In this document: in pieces, positions 33,962-43,328 of the stretch
Position numbering within the stretch: position 1 is the stretch's first letter
Layout: each line of letters opens with the position of its first letter
The notes under the pieces: model-generated
Database searches by the model: none
What the model saw: only the letters and a program-made list of their open reading frames with translations
Told to the model about the DNA's origin: nothing
Position numbers and translations under genes: made by a program
From: an uncultured delta proteobacterium
GTDB taxonomy: Bacteria; Myxococcota_A; Polyangia; Polyangiales; Houyiibacteriaceae
Reading direction: 5' to 3'
Assembly: GCA_963699755.1 (NCBI GenBank)
Contig: CAVOVB010000002.1
Span: 288,001 to 352,000, forward strand
DNA length: 64,000 nucleotides

Positions 33962-34146
33962 GTCGAGATGCCGAAAATCCTGTAGAGCGGGCAACTACCC
34001 ACCAAGCCGGTGATCAGCGGCACGAGCCCGACCCAACCCCAGGGTGTCTGTGGCCCGATCCATACCAGCGACAGGAGACCTATCCCAAGGATTACCCGGA
34101 TCACGCGATCGGCTATGTGTTCGTTTCGAGGGAAAATTGCACTCAT
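33931..34146 (-). CDS. DUF2892 (YgaP-like) small membrane protein
   Basis: NE..DR.IRV.LG, GLVPLITGL.G.CPLY.IFGISTC; SD AAGGAG. Confidence 0.9.
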   Translation of the reverse strand: MSAIFPRNEHIADRVIRVILGIGLLSLVWIGPQTPWGWVGLVPLITGLVGSCPLYRIFGISTCPIDASKTT

Positions 34147-34258
34147 GGCTAGACTCCTTTTCACAGACCCCGGCTGCGGCGTTCATTCGCCAGCCTCCTT
34201 GGGGACAGGAGTAGAGAGCCGCCCCAGGCCCAAAAGGATTCGGGCATTCGGACGAATT

Positions 34259-34309
34259 CGACCCAGGTTGAGCAGGGCGCGACCCAGGTTGAGCAGGGCA
34301 GAGCAGGGC
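34259..34309. repeat. 21-bp tandem duplication plus partial third copy
   Basis: CGACCCAGGTTGAGCAGGGC at 34259 and 34280, GAGCAGGGC again at 34301. Confidence 0.85.
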
Positions 34310-34405
34310 GGAGCGGAATCGCCCCCCCCGAAGCCCCGAAAAGGTTCAAACTGGGGACAATTTTAGCTTGCAGCAATACCGAGCTGCCCCTGTTGTCGAT
34401 AGCGA

Positions 34406-34426
34406 AGAGGAAAATCGTTTTCAATA
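34406..34426. promoter_or_regulatory. Second Fur-box-like site
   Basis: GAAAATCGTTTTCAAT, near-palindromic AT-rich core upstream of the FMN-binding pseudogene. Confidence 0.5.
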
Positions 34427-34454
34427 GAGCGACCTCCTGCTCGCACTCACGGCT

Positions 34455-34850
34455 TTGGGGTCCGGCATGGCGGCGAACGGGCACGCTCAGGTGTGCTTCA
34501 GCCTCCGGGGTCTGCTTGCCGAGCAGTTTCATCGGTCCGAGCTGGTCGACGGATACGCGCTCTTCGATCGAGAGATCGGCCAGCACGAGTACATCGACTT
34601 TGCCACTTTCTTCGATGGCGAGGGCCGCGTGACGCGGGTCGAGGTCGTCGCGTATCGCGAACCCTACGGCGAAGCGATTCGCTCCAAGCGCTTCCGCAAT
34701 TAGTTCGTAGGCAAGCAGGCGGCTAGTGGATTCAAGCCTGGACACGACATCGACATCATTTCCGGCGCGACGCTTTCTGCGCGTGCAATGGCCAACGCCG
34801 TAGAGCGCGCGACCTTGCTCTTACGTGACACCGCGCTGAGCTCGTCGTAA
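34455..34850 (+). pseudogene. FMN-binding (flavinylation-target) protein, in-frame TAG at 34701-34703, eroded N-terminus
   Basis: GYALFD.E.GQH..I.F, VEV.AYREPYG.AIR..RFRN*FVGK, then IDIISGATLSARAM; stop lies where CAG (Gln) is expected. Confidence 0.82.
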
Positions 34851-34858
34851 CTCGAGCC

Positions 34859-35407
34859 ATGCAGGACTTCACTCGACCTTCCGGCAGGCTGCCAGCCCTA
34901 CCTCTCTGCGCGCGTGCCGTCTACACGGTGTTTCTGGTGTTCACCCTCATCGGCTTGGCGCTTACGCTCTTTCTGACGCACGACGTGGTCGGGATCGGCC
35001 TCAGCCGTGCCGGTGAATACTAAGCGGGCGAAGCCGCGCCCGTGGAAGAGGCTGCGCTCGACGGAGGCCCCGCGCTGCTCCTTCCCCCGGAAGGCGAGAA
35101 CTTGGCCGCATTCGAACCCATGCCGCGCAGAAAGCTGCTGGAAATCACCCACTTTCACCTGTTCTCGATGCCGGTTTATCTTTTGATCCTCGGTCACATG
35201 TACATGCTTTCCCGTTCCCGAAAAGCGGCGAAGGCCGCATGGGTCGCGATTGGCTCCTTTGGCACCCTGCTCCACATTGCGGCGCCCTGGCTCGTCGCAC
35301 ATGGCTGCGCGGGCGCCGTCGCAGGCCATGCCCTGTCAGGCCTGCTCCTTCTCGTCAGCTACGTCGTGATGAGCCTGGTTCCGCTTTGGGAGATGTGGCG
35401 GCGCTAG
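34859..35407 (+). pseudogene. His-containing membrane protein, in-frame TAA at 35021-35023
   Basis: ATG 34859 gives MQDF..VYTVFLVFTL..GEY*AG, continuing in frame to LLEITHFHLFSMP..LGH..LLH..PWL. Confidence 0.75.
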
Positions 35408-35438
35408 GCACGGACGCCCGACGTGCTAAGAAGCCGCG

Positions 35439-35795
35439 GTGGCTGAAAACGGCAAGTCGGGGAAGCGCGTCGTTGCAGTGCTGCTAGCACTCGTGCTCGG
35501 CGCAGGCCTGGTCGCCTGGCTCGGCGCGGCGAGGCTCGAGAAGAACAACCGAGCCCTTCAGGAAGCCAGGAGCACCTCCGTCTTGAGCGAAGGAGTGCTT
35601 TACCGGGCGGAAGCGGGCGAGCCTGGCGTCGTGATCGCCACAGACGTCGGCTCTGGCAAGGAGCTCTGGCGTGCCGAGCTCGGCGAGGTCATCAGCAAAC
35701 CGGCGGTCACGGTCCATGAAGAGGTGATTGAAGTGCAGATCGCCGGAACCCCTTGGATGAGCCTCGACCGCTCGACCGGCGAGCCCTTGGACTGA
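35439..35795 (+). CDS. Small membrane-anchored protein with PQQ-like beta-propeller repeats
   Basis: N-terminal TM; A.D..SGKELWR and LDRSTGE motifs. Confidence 0.6.
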   Translation: MAENGKSGKRVVAVLLALVLGAGLVAWLGAARLEKNNRALQEARSTSVLSEGVLYRAEAGEPGVVIATDVGSGKELWRAELGEVISKPAVTVHEEVIEVQIAGTPWMSLDRSTGEPLD

Positions 35796-36062
35796 TGAGC
35801 GACGCCCCTGCCGAGATTCTCGAAGGGGGCCGACGCGATCACGACCTACACCTTTGGAACACACACAGCCCGGCATCATTTCTGCAGCCACTGCGGGATC
35901 CACTCGTACTACCGGCCGCGCTCTCATCCTCACCAGGTCGATGTCAACGTGCGTTGCCTCGATGGTGTCGAGCTCTCCGACTTTGCGTTTACCGCATTCG
36001 ATGGTCAGAACTGGGAACACAGCGTCGCAGAGCTACGAGCGCATGAGCGCAATCGTCAGTGA
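35795..36062 (+). pseudogene. GFA/CENP-V family protein with internal deletion and frameshift
   Basis: MSDAPAEILEGG joins at G-run 35825-29 to another frame: GADAITTYTFGTHTARHHFCSHCGIHSYYRPRSHP..VNVRCLD..FDGQNWE; the N-terminal CxC/CxCxxC zinc motifs are missing. Confidence 0.8.
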
Positions 36063-37420
36063 AGCTCGATCGACTGCCAGCGGCCACGCTTCCACATGAG
36101 TGAAAAGGTGAGCGACTGAAGCGAGCGGTAGATCACCTGAAGGGCGAATACCACGACGAGTCCTAGACCCATCACCGGACCGAACAGAGAGACGAGCGGC
36201 AGGAAGATCAACCACTGAAAGCCGGTGGCGACGAACATCACGCGCTTGACGTCCCCGACTCCCATCAAGGCGTTCATCAGAACCATCCCGATGGCATCGA
36301 TGAACAGAAACGCTGCCACGAGGCGGAGCGGGTATTCGGCGAGCGCGAGCGTCGACGGCTCATGAATGAAGCCGCTTAAGATCCATTCGGGAGCCAAGAG
36401 CGCCGGAAGGCTGAGCCCGCCCACGACGAGGACCGCCATCTTGGTCACATCCCATCCCCACTGTTTGGCATCATCGGGATGACCGCGTCCGAGCGCCTGA
36501 CCAGCAAGCGAAGCCGCCGCGAGCCCGAAGCCGATGCCAGGCAGGATACCGACGAGGATCAAGTCGATGATCACCTTGGTGGCTGCGAGCTCCGGGGTAC
36601 CGATGCGAGCGACGAGCATGAGGAACACCGTCATCCCTGCAGCGAAGAAGAATTGCTGCAGGCCTGCGGGAGCTGCGAGACGCGTGATGGTCTTCATGGT
36701 GTCACGGCTCGGTAACCCCTGAAGAAAACCCGCTTCGCGCGCATAGCCGCGACCGAGCAGGAAATAGGAAGCCGTTCCAAACACGGTGGCGACAGCTGAG
36801 GCTACGCCAGCGCCCATCGCGCCAAGCGCGGGCGCGCCGAGGTTCCCGAAGATCAGTACCCAGTTCAGGAAGACATTGACCAGGTGCATCGTCATCAGAG
36901 TCCGCATGTAGAGGATCGACTTGTCGACCGCGTTCCAGTAGCCGCGGAAGGCGAAGTTCATCCCCATCGCGAACATCGCGAAGAGGCGCGCACGGAGATA
37001 GGGTACGCCTTGCTCGACGACAGCGGGGTCGTTCGTGAGCACCGGGAAGTAATCAGGCGCAAGCGCGATCAAGGTGGCCGACCAGGGAACCGCGATGATT
37101 GCCGCAAGCAGCAAGCCCCCGTTGAGCGGGATGGCGGTTTCACCGAGGCGCCCTTCCCCGACGCGACGTGCCGCCATCGCCTGAACCCCCGCGGAAAGGC
37201 CCAAGATGAAAGCAGAGAAGAGAAAGTTCGCGAAGCCACCGAGACCGACACCAGCGAGCGCAGCATCGCCGAGGGTACCGACCATGCCCGTGTCTACGAG
37301 GTTGAGCACGTTCTGCGAAAGCATCCCACCGATGATCGGGAGGGCGAGGCCCAAGATCCGGCGCCGACGCACGGGAGGAACGCCCAAGACGTGCCTCTCC
37401 TCTTGCGCGCCGTCAGCCAC
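36056..37420 (-). CDS. MATE family efflux transporter
   Basis: [41 protein letters not shown]; about 12 TM. Confidence 0.93.
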   Translation of the reverse strand: MADGAQEERHVLGVPPVRRRRILGLALPIIGGMLSQNVLNLVDTGMVGTLGDAALAGVGLGGFANFLFSAFILGLSAGVQAMAARRVGEGRLGETAIPLNGGLLLAAIIAVPWSATLIALAPDYFPVLTNDPAVVEQGVPYLRARLFAMFAMGMNFAFRGYWNAVDKSILYMRTLMTMHLVNVFLNWVLIFGNLGAPALGAMGAGVASAVATVFGTASYFLLGRGYAREAGFLQGLPSRDTMKTITRLAAPAGLQQFFFAAGMTVFLMLVARIGTPELAATKVIIDLILVGILPGIGFGLAAASLAGQALGRGHPDDAKQWGWDVTKMAVLVVGGLSLPALLAPEWILSGFIHEPSTLALAEYPLRLVAAFLFIDAIGMVLMNALMGVGDVKRVMFVATGFQWLIFLPLVSLFGPVMGLGLVVVFALQVIYRSLQSLTFSLMWKRGRWQSIELH

Positions 37421-37455
37421 GGCCCGACTCTAAGACTGCACCGCGATGCGACAAG

Positions 37456-38220
37456 TCAGCGCGGCGCCATGCGAATGGATCCGTCGAGCCGAATGACCTC
37501 GCCATTGAGGTAACTGTTCTCGACGATGTGGCAGGCGAGCGCGCCGAACTCCTCGGGGCGACCAAGCCGGCTCGGGTGCGGAATCGTGGCCGCCAGGGCT
37601 GCACGCATCTGCTCCGGAAGGGAGGCAAGCAAGGGCGTGTCGAAGGTGCCTGGCGCTATCGTCATGACACGAATTTGCGCTTTGGAAAGATCGCGCGCGG
37701 CCGGGAGGGTCAAGCCAACGATGCCGCCCTTCGAGGCTGAGTATGCGACTTGCCCGATCTGACCGTCAAACGCGGCCACCGACGCCGTATTGATCACGAC
37801 GCCTCGCTCGCCGTCTTCGGGCTCGTTTTTTGCCATAGCCGATGCCGCCAGGCGGAGGACGTTGAACGTGCCGATGAGATTGACCGAAACGACCTTCTGA
37901 AAGACTCCGAGATCGTGAGGTGTGCCGTCCTTGCCGATCGTTCGCATGCCGAATCCGATCCCCGCGCAGCTGATCGCCGCGCGGAGCGTACCCATCGACG
38001 TTGCTTGGTCGACCGCAGCCTGCACTTCCTCGGCGTTGCTGACGTCGGCCTGCGCATACGTCGCAGCGTCACCGAGCTCTGCGGCTAGCCTATTTCCGCG
38101 GTCCGCATTCAGGTCGACGATGACCACGCGGGCTCCCTTGCTCACGAGCTTGCGCACCGTCGCCTCGCCCAAGCCAGACGCCCCACCCGTCACCAGTGCT
38201 ACCGAACCGTCAATCTTCAT
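37456..38220 (-). CDS. 3-hydroxyacyl-CoA dehydrogenase (SDR, HSD17B10-like)
   Basis: [41 protein letters not shown]. Confidence 0.93.
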   Translation of the reverse strand: MKIDGSVALVTGGASGLGEATVRKLVSKGARVVIVDLNADRGNRLAAELGDAATYAQADVSNAEEVQAAVDQATSMGTLRAAISCAGIGFGMRTIGKDGTPHDLGVFQKVVSVNLIGTFNVLRLAASAMAKNEPEDGERGVVINTASVAAFDGQIGQVAYSASKGGIVGLTLPAARDLSKAQIRVMTIAPGTFDTPLLASLPEQMRAALAATIPHPSRLGRPEEFGALACHIVENSYLNGEVIRLDGSIRMAPR

Positions 38221-38331
38221 CGAAACCTCCCGGTCGAGATGCTTGGTCTAAGCAGGGGGCCCGTCAAGCAGCTAGCGTGCAGGGCCGCCTGCGGCTAGAA
38301 CCGGGCGCACTCACGCTGGGTAAGGGGACCA

Positions 38332-39759
38332 GTGCTCTTCAATAGCCTCGACTACATTCTGTTCCTGGGGATTGCCGTCGCCGGGTTCTGGCTCTTGGCT
38401 CGCCATGCTCAGGCGCGGATCATCTTCATCTTCGTGCTGTCCTGCCTCTTCTACATGGCATGGCACCCCGCCTATATCGTTCTGATCCTCGGCTCGACCC
38501 TCATCGACTTTGTCGCCGGCCTCCGAATCCACGCCACTGAGAGCACCAAGATCCGGAAGCGCTGGCTGATCGTCAGCCTGGTCTCGAATCTGGGACTGCT
38601 TGGCCTCTTCAAGTATTTCAACTTCGCCTCGCAGGCCACCGCCGACGTCCTGGGGCTCTTTTTCGGCATCGAGATCCCGAACCCGCCGTTCCTCGACATC
38701 CTTCTTCCAGTCGGCATCTCCTTCTATACCTTCCAGACGCTCAGCTACACGATCGACATCTACCGGCGGAAGCTCGCTCCAACCCGCAACTTCTTCGAGT
38801 TCGCTTTCTTCGTCACGTACTTCCCGCAGCTGGTCGCCGGGCCCATCGTTCGCGCGTCCCAGCTGCTGCCACAGCTCCAGCGCAAGATCACGCTGCGGAA
38901 CGATCAGGTCACTCAGGGTCTTTTCCTCATCGCGACCGGCATGGTGAAGAAGATCGCCATCGCCGATTACCTTTCGGTCAATCTCGTTGACCGCGTCTTC
39001 GACCAGCCGGAGCTCTACAGCGGCGCAGAAGTCGTGATCGCTCTCTATGGCTTCACGATGCAGATCTACTGCGACTTCTCGGGCTACACCGACGTCGCAC
39101 GCGGATCGGCGAAGCTCATGGGGCTCGAGCTTCCGGAGAACTTCGACCGACCATATCAGTCCTCGAGTCCTGCGGAGTTCTGGCGCCGCTGGCACATGAC
39201 GCTTTCGACTTGGCTCCGCGACTACTTGTACTTCCCGCTGGGCGGCTCACACACCGGCCCGATCCGGGCGTACTGGAACCTCTGGCTCACCATGTTCCTC
39301 ATCGGTATCTGGCATGGCGCATCCTGGACCTTCGTCGTCTACGCGATTCTGCAATCGATGGCCATGGTGATCCACCGCTTCTTCTACAGGCGATCGGGCC
39401 GCAGTGGCGACACGGTCGACGGGTGGCAACTGCACGCCTTCAAGGTGTTCATGGCGCTGCAATTCGTCGTCTTTTCGAGAATCTTATTCAGAGCGACGAG
39501 CCTTCAGAACGCCGCGGACGTCACGGCGCGCCTCGGCTCCGGAACGTTTTCGGTCGCCCAGATTTCGTTCGGGATCTGGACGATGCTGATCCTGACCTTT
39601 GCCGCACATTACACGCCCAAGCGCTATTTCGAGTCGATCGAGCTCCGCTTCAAGTCGATGCCTGCGCCGGCCCAAGGCGTCGCGCTCGCGATGGTCGGGT
39701 TCGTTTTGAGCGTCGTCGCAACGAGCGAAGTCGTTCCCTACATCTACTTTCAGTTCTAA
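38332..39759 (+). CDS. MBOAT O-acyltransferase (AlgI/PatA-like)
   Basis: LFKYFNF, LPVGISFYTFQ, FPQLVAGPI, DFSGYTD, FWRRWHMTLS, GIWHGA, C-terminal YIYFQF. Confidence 0.95.
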   Translation: MLFNSLDYILFLGIAVAGFWLLARHAQARIIFIFVLSCLFYMAWHPAYIVLILGSTLIDFVAGLRIHATESTKIRKRWLIVSLVSNLGLLGLFKYFNFASQATADVLGLFFGIEIPNPPFLDILLPVGISFYTFQTLSYTIDIYRRKLAPTRNFFEFAFFVTYFPQLVAGPIVRASQLLPQLQRKITLRNDQVTQGLFLIATGMVKKIAIADYLSVNLVDRVFDQPELYSGAEVVIALYGFTMQIYCDFSGYTDVARGSAKLMGLELPENFDRPYQSSSPAEFWRRWHMTLSTWLRDYLYFPLGGSHTGPIRAYWNLWLTMFLIGIWHGASWTFVVYAILQSMAMVIHRFFYRRSGRSGDTVDGWQLHAFKVFMALQFVVFSRILFRATSLQNAADVTARLGSGTFSVAQISFGIWTMLILTFAAHYTPKRYFESIELRFKSMPAPAQGVALAMVGFVLSVVATSEVVPYIYFQF

Positions 39760-41414
39760 TGCTCAAACGAATTCACGAAGAGCTCACGCCCTTGCAGCAC
39801 CTGGTGACCGTCGTCGCGTTCATGTTCGCCGCATGCATGCTCACGTACGTCGTCCCCCCGATGGAAGGCTTGCGTCCTTGGGTGCCGGGCGAAGACGACT
39901 TCCCAATCATGAGACTGTTCAAGAGTTGGGGTGAGATCCCAGCCTTCGCCGGGCATGGTGGCTCCTATCGATCGACGGCTGGCACCGCAGCTGGAAGCGA
40001 GCGCCTCGCTGAAGCAGTGGGGGAAACCGTGGCAGCGAACCTCGGCGCCGAGCGCATCGTGGCACCGCCCGTGGGTGCGAGAGACGGCGTCGAGATCGAC
40101 CCGGCAGAGTACGCTGGGATTTCGGTCCGAATCGAAGACCCCAGCGGACGGGGCATGCGTGCGTTCTACGAAGCCCTCGAGAAGACGGCGCGGGCCGACG
40201 GTGGCGCCGTGACGCGTGTGGGACATTACGGCGATTCGAGCATCGCAACCGACCTCATCACGTCGACCGTCCGTGAGAATCTTCAGGCGCGTTTCGGAGA
40301 TGCAGGGCATGGTTTCGTCCTCGCCGCCAAGGGATACATCCCATACAAGCACCGCGGCGTACGCCAATCGTCCAATCCCGAATCCTGGGAGCTTCGCGAA
40401 GTCGTGCGTCGGCAGGATCGCGAGGGCCGCTACGGCTACGGCGGTGTTCAGTCGAGAGCGATGCAGGGCTCTTGGGCTCGAATTGGCACTGCCAAGCGAG
40501 GCGACGTGGGACAGAACGCATCGCGGTTCGACATCTACTATGAGGAACAGCCGCGCGGTGGGAAGTTTTCCGTTCGGCTCGATAGAGGAGATCGCGAAAT
40601 CGTGTCGACGCAAGCTGACGCACTCGGCGATGGTGTCTACTCCATCGCAGCCCCCGACGGGCCGCACAGCATCGAGCTTCGCGACATACGGGGCGGGCCC
40701 GTGAACTTCTACGGCGTCGTGGTCGAGCGCGAGGGGCCCGGCGTGGTGTATGACTCACTCGGCCTCGTCGGCGCGCGCGCCAATCGATTGCTCAACTTCG
40801 ACGAAGAGCACATCCGGCACCAGCTCGAGCTGCGCGGCACCAACCTGCTCGTGCTGGGCTTCGGTGGGAACGAAGCGAGCGACGACCGAACCGAGCAGGC
40901 GTACTACGAGGACTACCTCCAGGTCTTGCGCCTCATGCGACAGGGGCGCGAGGACCTGGGCTGCCTGGTCTTTGCCCCACTGGACCAGGCGCGGCGTACG
41001 CGTGGGCGCATCCGCACTCTTCCGACGATTCCCTTGATCGTAGCAGCCCAGCGACGCGCGGCTTTCGATTCCGGCTGCGCCTTCTTTGACACCTGGACAG
41101 CGATGGGCGGCGAGGATTCGATGCGCCGCTGGTACAAGGCGCAGCCGCGACTCGCGATGGGCGATTTCCGGCACGCAACGCCAGCCGGCTATGAGATCAT
41201 CGGCAACATGCTCTACAAAGCCCTACTCGCGGGCTTTGCAGCTTACCTCTCCGGCGAACCCTCGGCGGCGCCCGCGTCTGCAACGGATTCGTCGAGCGAA
41301 GGCGCAGGAGACGCCGGGGCCTCGACAGGGAGCGCAGCGGACGCCGGTTGGTACTCATTCGACGGGGGCATCCCTTCGAGCAACGCCGAGAGCAAGACCT
41401 CGCCCAAGCGCTGA
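39759..41414 (+). CDS. Membrane-anchored SGNH/GDSL protein (O-acetyltransferase or esterase)
   Basis: ATG overlaps MBOAT stop; GDSS..D, LQ.RFGDAGHG, FGGNE, DFRH. Confidence 0.85.
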   Translation: MLKRIHEELTPLQHLVTVVAFMFAACMLTYVVPPMEGLRPWVPGEDDFPIMRLFKSWGEIPAFAGHGGSYRSTAGTAAGSERLAEAVGETVAANLGAERIVAPPVGARDGVEIDPAEYAGISVRIEDPSGRGMRAFYEALEKTARADGGAVTRVGHYGDSSIATDLITSTVRENLQARFGDAGHGFVLAAKGYIPYKHRGVRQSSNPESWELREVVRRQDREGRYGYGGVQSRAMQGSWARIGTAKRGDVGQNASRFDIYYEEQPRGGKFSVRLDRGDREIVSTQADALGDGVYSIAAPDGPHSIELRDIRGGPVNFYGVVVEREGPGVVYDSLGLVGARANRLLNFDEEHIRHQLELRGTNLLVLGFGGNEASDDRTEQAYYEDYLQVLRLMRQGREDLGCLVFAPLDQARRTRGRIRTLPTIPLIVAAQRRAAFDSGCAFFDTWTAMGGEDSMRRWYKAQPRLAMGDFRHATPAGYEIIGNMLYKALLAGFAAYLSGEPSAAPASATDSSSEGAGDAGASTGSAADAGWYSFDGGIPSSNAESKTSPKR

Positions 41415-42709
41415 TAGCCGACCCGCGTGTAGTGAATGTGATCTTGTGATGCGTATGCTGGGTCGTTCGCGGCCCACTGCACCATCGAGAGCGCGCCGCC
41501 CTGGAACGCGACCAGATCGAAAAAACCGCAACCTTGCTCGAGCGCAACGCGGTGCTGCACTTCGATCAAGCTGGCCGTTCGCGAGCGGTCTTCGAACACG
41601 TGCGCCTCTACTTGCAGTGGCCGGTCCGACGGGCCGATCAAGAGACAGGAAGCCTCGGGGACCGTGTCCCGCATGCGTTGGAGCACGGCGCGAAGGTCTT
41701 TCTCATAGTCTTCGAGAGGTGATTCGTCGCCGCTTTCGTTGGTCCCGTAGGCCAAGACGACCAGGTCCGGCTTTCGTCTCCGAAGGTGTTCCTGGTACAC
41801 CTCCTCGTCCCACAGGAGCTGATAGCGAACGCGTGAACCGTTGATGCCAAGGGTATCGACGATCACGCCGGGCTCATCGCGTTCGACCGCCAGGCCATAG
41901 ACACGGACCGGACGCTTGCCCAAGGTTCGGATTTCGAAACGATGAGGGGCATCCGGCACGCGAAAGGTGGCGTAGGCAGTCGAAGCCTTGGCGGCCCGCG
42001 TGGAAATGCGACGCGCCTTCCGGCCGTCGATGTACACATCCATGTCGCCGCCGTGGGGGTGGTTGTCGTAGTAGAGCTCGAAGAGGCCCGCGGTTCGGCC
42101 GTGCTCACCCTCTTGGGCAGTCTGTACCGCGCCGAACGAGCCTGGTCGCTGGCTCATCATGGCGATTCCGGCGAGCCCAACGCGCTGGACGTCCTCATCC
42201 CCGACTCGAACGCGCTGCGTCTCCCATCGATCGCCGTCGCTCTCGATGTTGATGTCACGGTGCCTATAGGTCCGCCAGGGATGCACGGGCACGAGAAAGC
42301 CGTGACCTGCATCGCCGTAGCGGGCTTGCAGCTCCCGACGGATGTACCCTGTGAAAAGATCACTGGCGACGTGAGACGCGCCGTAAAACAGAAGTCGAGC
42401 TTGGCCTTCGCCCGCCGCAGCGCGTGCAAGAGCTCGATGCAAGGCGTCCATCGACTTCCCATCACGATCTTCAATTGCGATGTCGAGCCCCAGCCGGTCA
42501 TTTGGCGGTGGCCCCAGGAGCTTCGGTCCCATGCGCTCTTTGGAACGAGCCGCCTCGAGGACCACGGTCCCGTTGATCGCGGCAGGCGTCCTCGGAGATG
42601 CATCGGCCGAGGTCGAAGATGCGCCATAGCCGAGCGTCCAGACGCTCGCTAGCGCCAGCCCAAACAAGACAATCGCCGCAGGCGAACCCCATAGATTCCC
42701 GAGCCGCAC
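41243..42709 (-). CDS. Second exported SGNH/GDSL protein, paralog of the convergent gene
   Basis: YGASH..D, LQ.RYGDAGHG, GING, YGTNE, DHIH. Confidence 0.85.
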   Translation of the reverse strand: MRLGNLWGSPAAIVLFGLALASVWTLGYGASSTSADASPRTPAAINGTVVLEAARSKERMGPKLLGPPPNDRLGLDIAIEDRDGKSMDALHRALARAAAGEGQARLLFYGASHVASDLFTGYIRRELQARYGDAGHGFLVPVHPWRTYRHRDINIESDGDRWETQRVRVGDEDVQRVGLAGIAMMSQRPGSFGAVQTAQEGEHGRTAGLFELYYDNHPHGGDMDVYIDGRKARRISTRAAKASTAYATFRVPDAPHRFEIRTLGKRPVRVYGLAVERDEPGVIVDTLGINGSRVRYQLLWDEEVYQEHLRRRKPDLVVLAYGTNESGDESPLEDYEKDLRAVLQRMRDTVPEASCLLIGPSDRPLQVEAHVFEDRSRTASLIEVQHRVALEQGCGFFDLVAFQGGALSMVQWAANDPAYASQDHIHYTRVGYQRLGEVLLSALLEGMPPSNEYQPASAALPVEAPASPAPSLDESVADAGAAEGSPER

Positions 42710-42786
42710 GTCCCCACAATGGCGACCCCGCGCGATCCAGTCAAATTGGCGTGTGATGCGGATGAAAGTCGGCCATGATGTGTGCC

Positions 42787-43305
42787 ATGAAATCGCGCGA
42801 GTTGCTCTTCTCCGGCACCTTATTCGACGTGGCTCGTCTTAGCTTCGAAGGGCCGGATGGCCGCGCGGCCGTCCGCGAGGTGATCGAGCATCCAGGGGCG
42901 GCCGTGATCCTCCCCCTTTTAGACGACGGTCGTGTCGTCCTGATTCGCAATATGCGCCATGCCGTCGGCAAGGTTCTCTGGGAGCTGCCAGCCGGCACAC
43001 TCGAAGCCGGGGAAGCCCCCATGGCCTGCGCGGCTCGAGAGGTAGAGGAGGAGACCGGTTATCGGGCAGGAACGATCGCACCACTCACCGCGTTCTATGC
43101 CTCCCCTGGCGTCCTCAACGAGCGGATGCACGGTTTTCTGGCCACTGACCTCGAGCAGACCGCCCAGTCGCTCCAAAATGACGAAGAGATCGAAGTCTTC
43201 CCGATTCCGCAATGGCAGATTCGCGACATGATCAAGGACGGACACATCGAAGACGCCAAGACCATCGCGCTGCTGCTCTATTGGATGCACCTTTATTCCC
43301 CGTGA
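42787..43305 (+). CDS. NUDIX hydrolase (ADP-ribose pyrophosphatase-like)
   Basis: REVIEHPGA, ELPAG..E.GE....AAREVEEETG, SPG, DAKT. Confidence 0.92.
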   Translation: MKSRELLFSGTLFDVARLSFEGPDGRAAVREVIEHPGAAVILPLLDDGRVVLIRNMRHAVGKVLWELPAGTLEAGEAPMACAAREVEEETGYRAGTIAPLTAFYASPGVLNERMHGFLATDLEQTAQSLQNDEEIEVFPIPQWQIRDMIKDGHIEDAKTIALLLYWMHLYSP

Positions 43306-43328
43306 AGTTCTCGGGAGCGTCGATACCG

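Noticed and set aside
34259..34309. CRISPR array
   Set aside because: Only two adjacent copies, no spacers, no cas genes
27096..35023. Stop-codon reassignment or readthrough explaining the three in-frame stops
   Set aside because: TAA and TAG terminate intact genes here (e.g. purU, MBOAT, ilvD), and the affected genes show other decay
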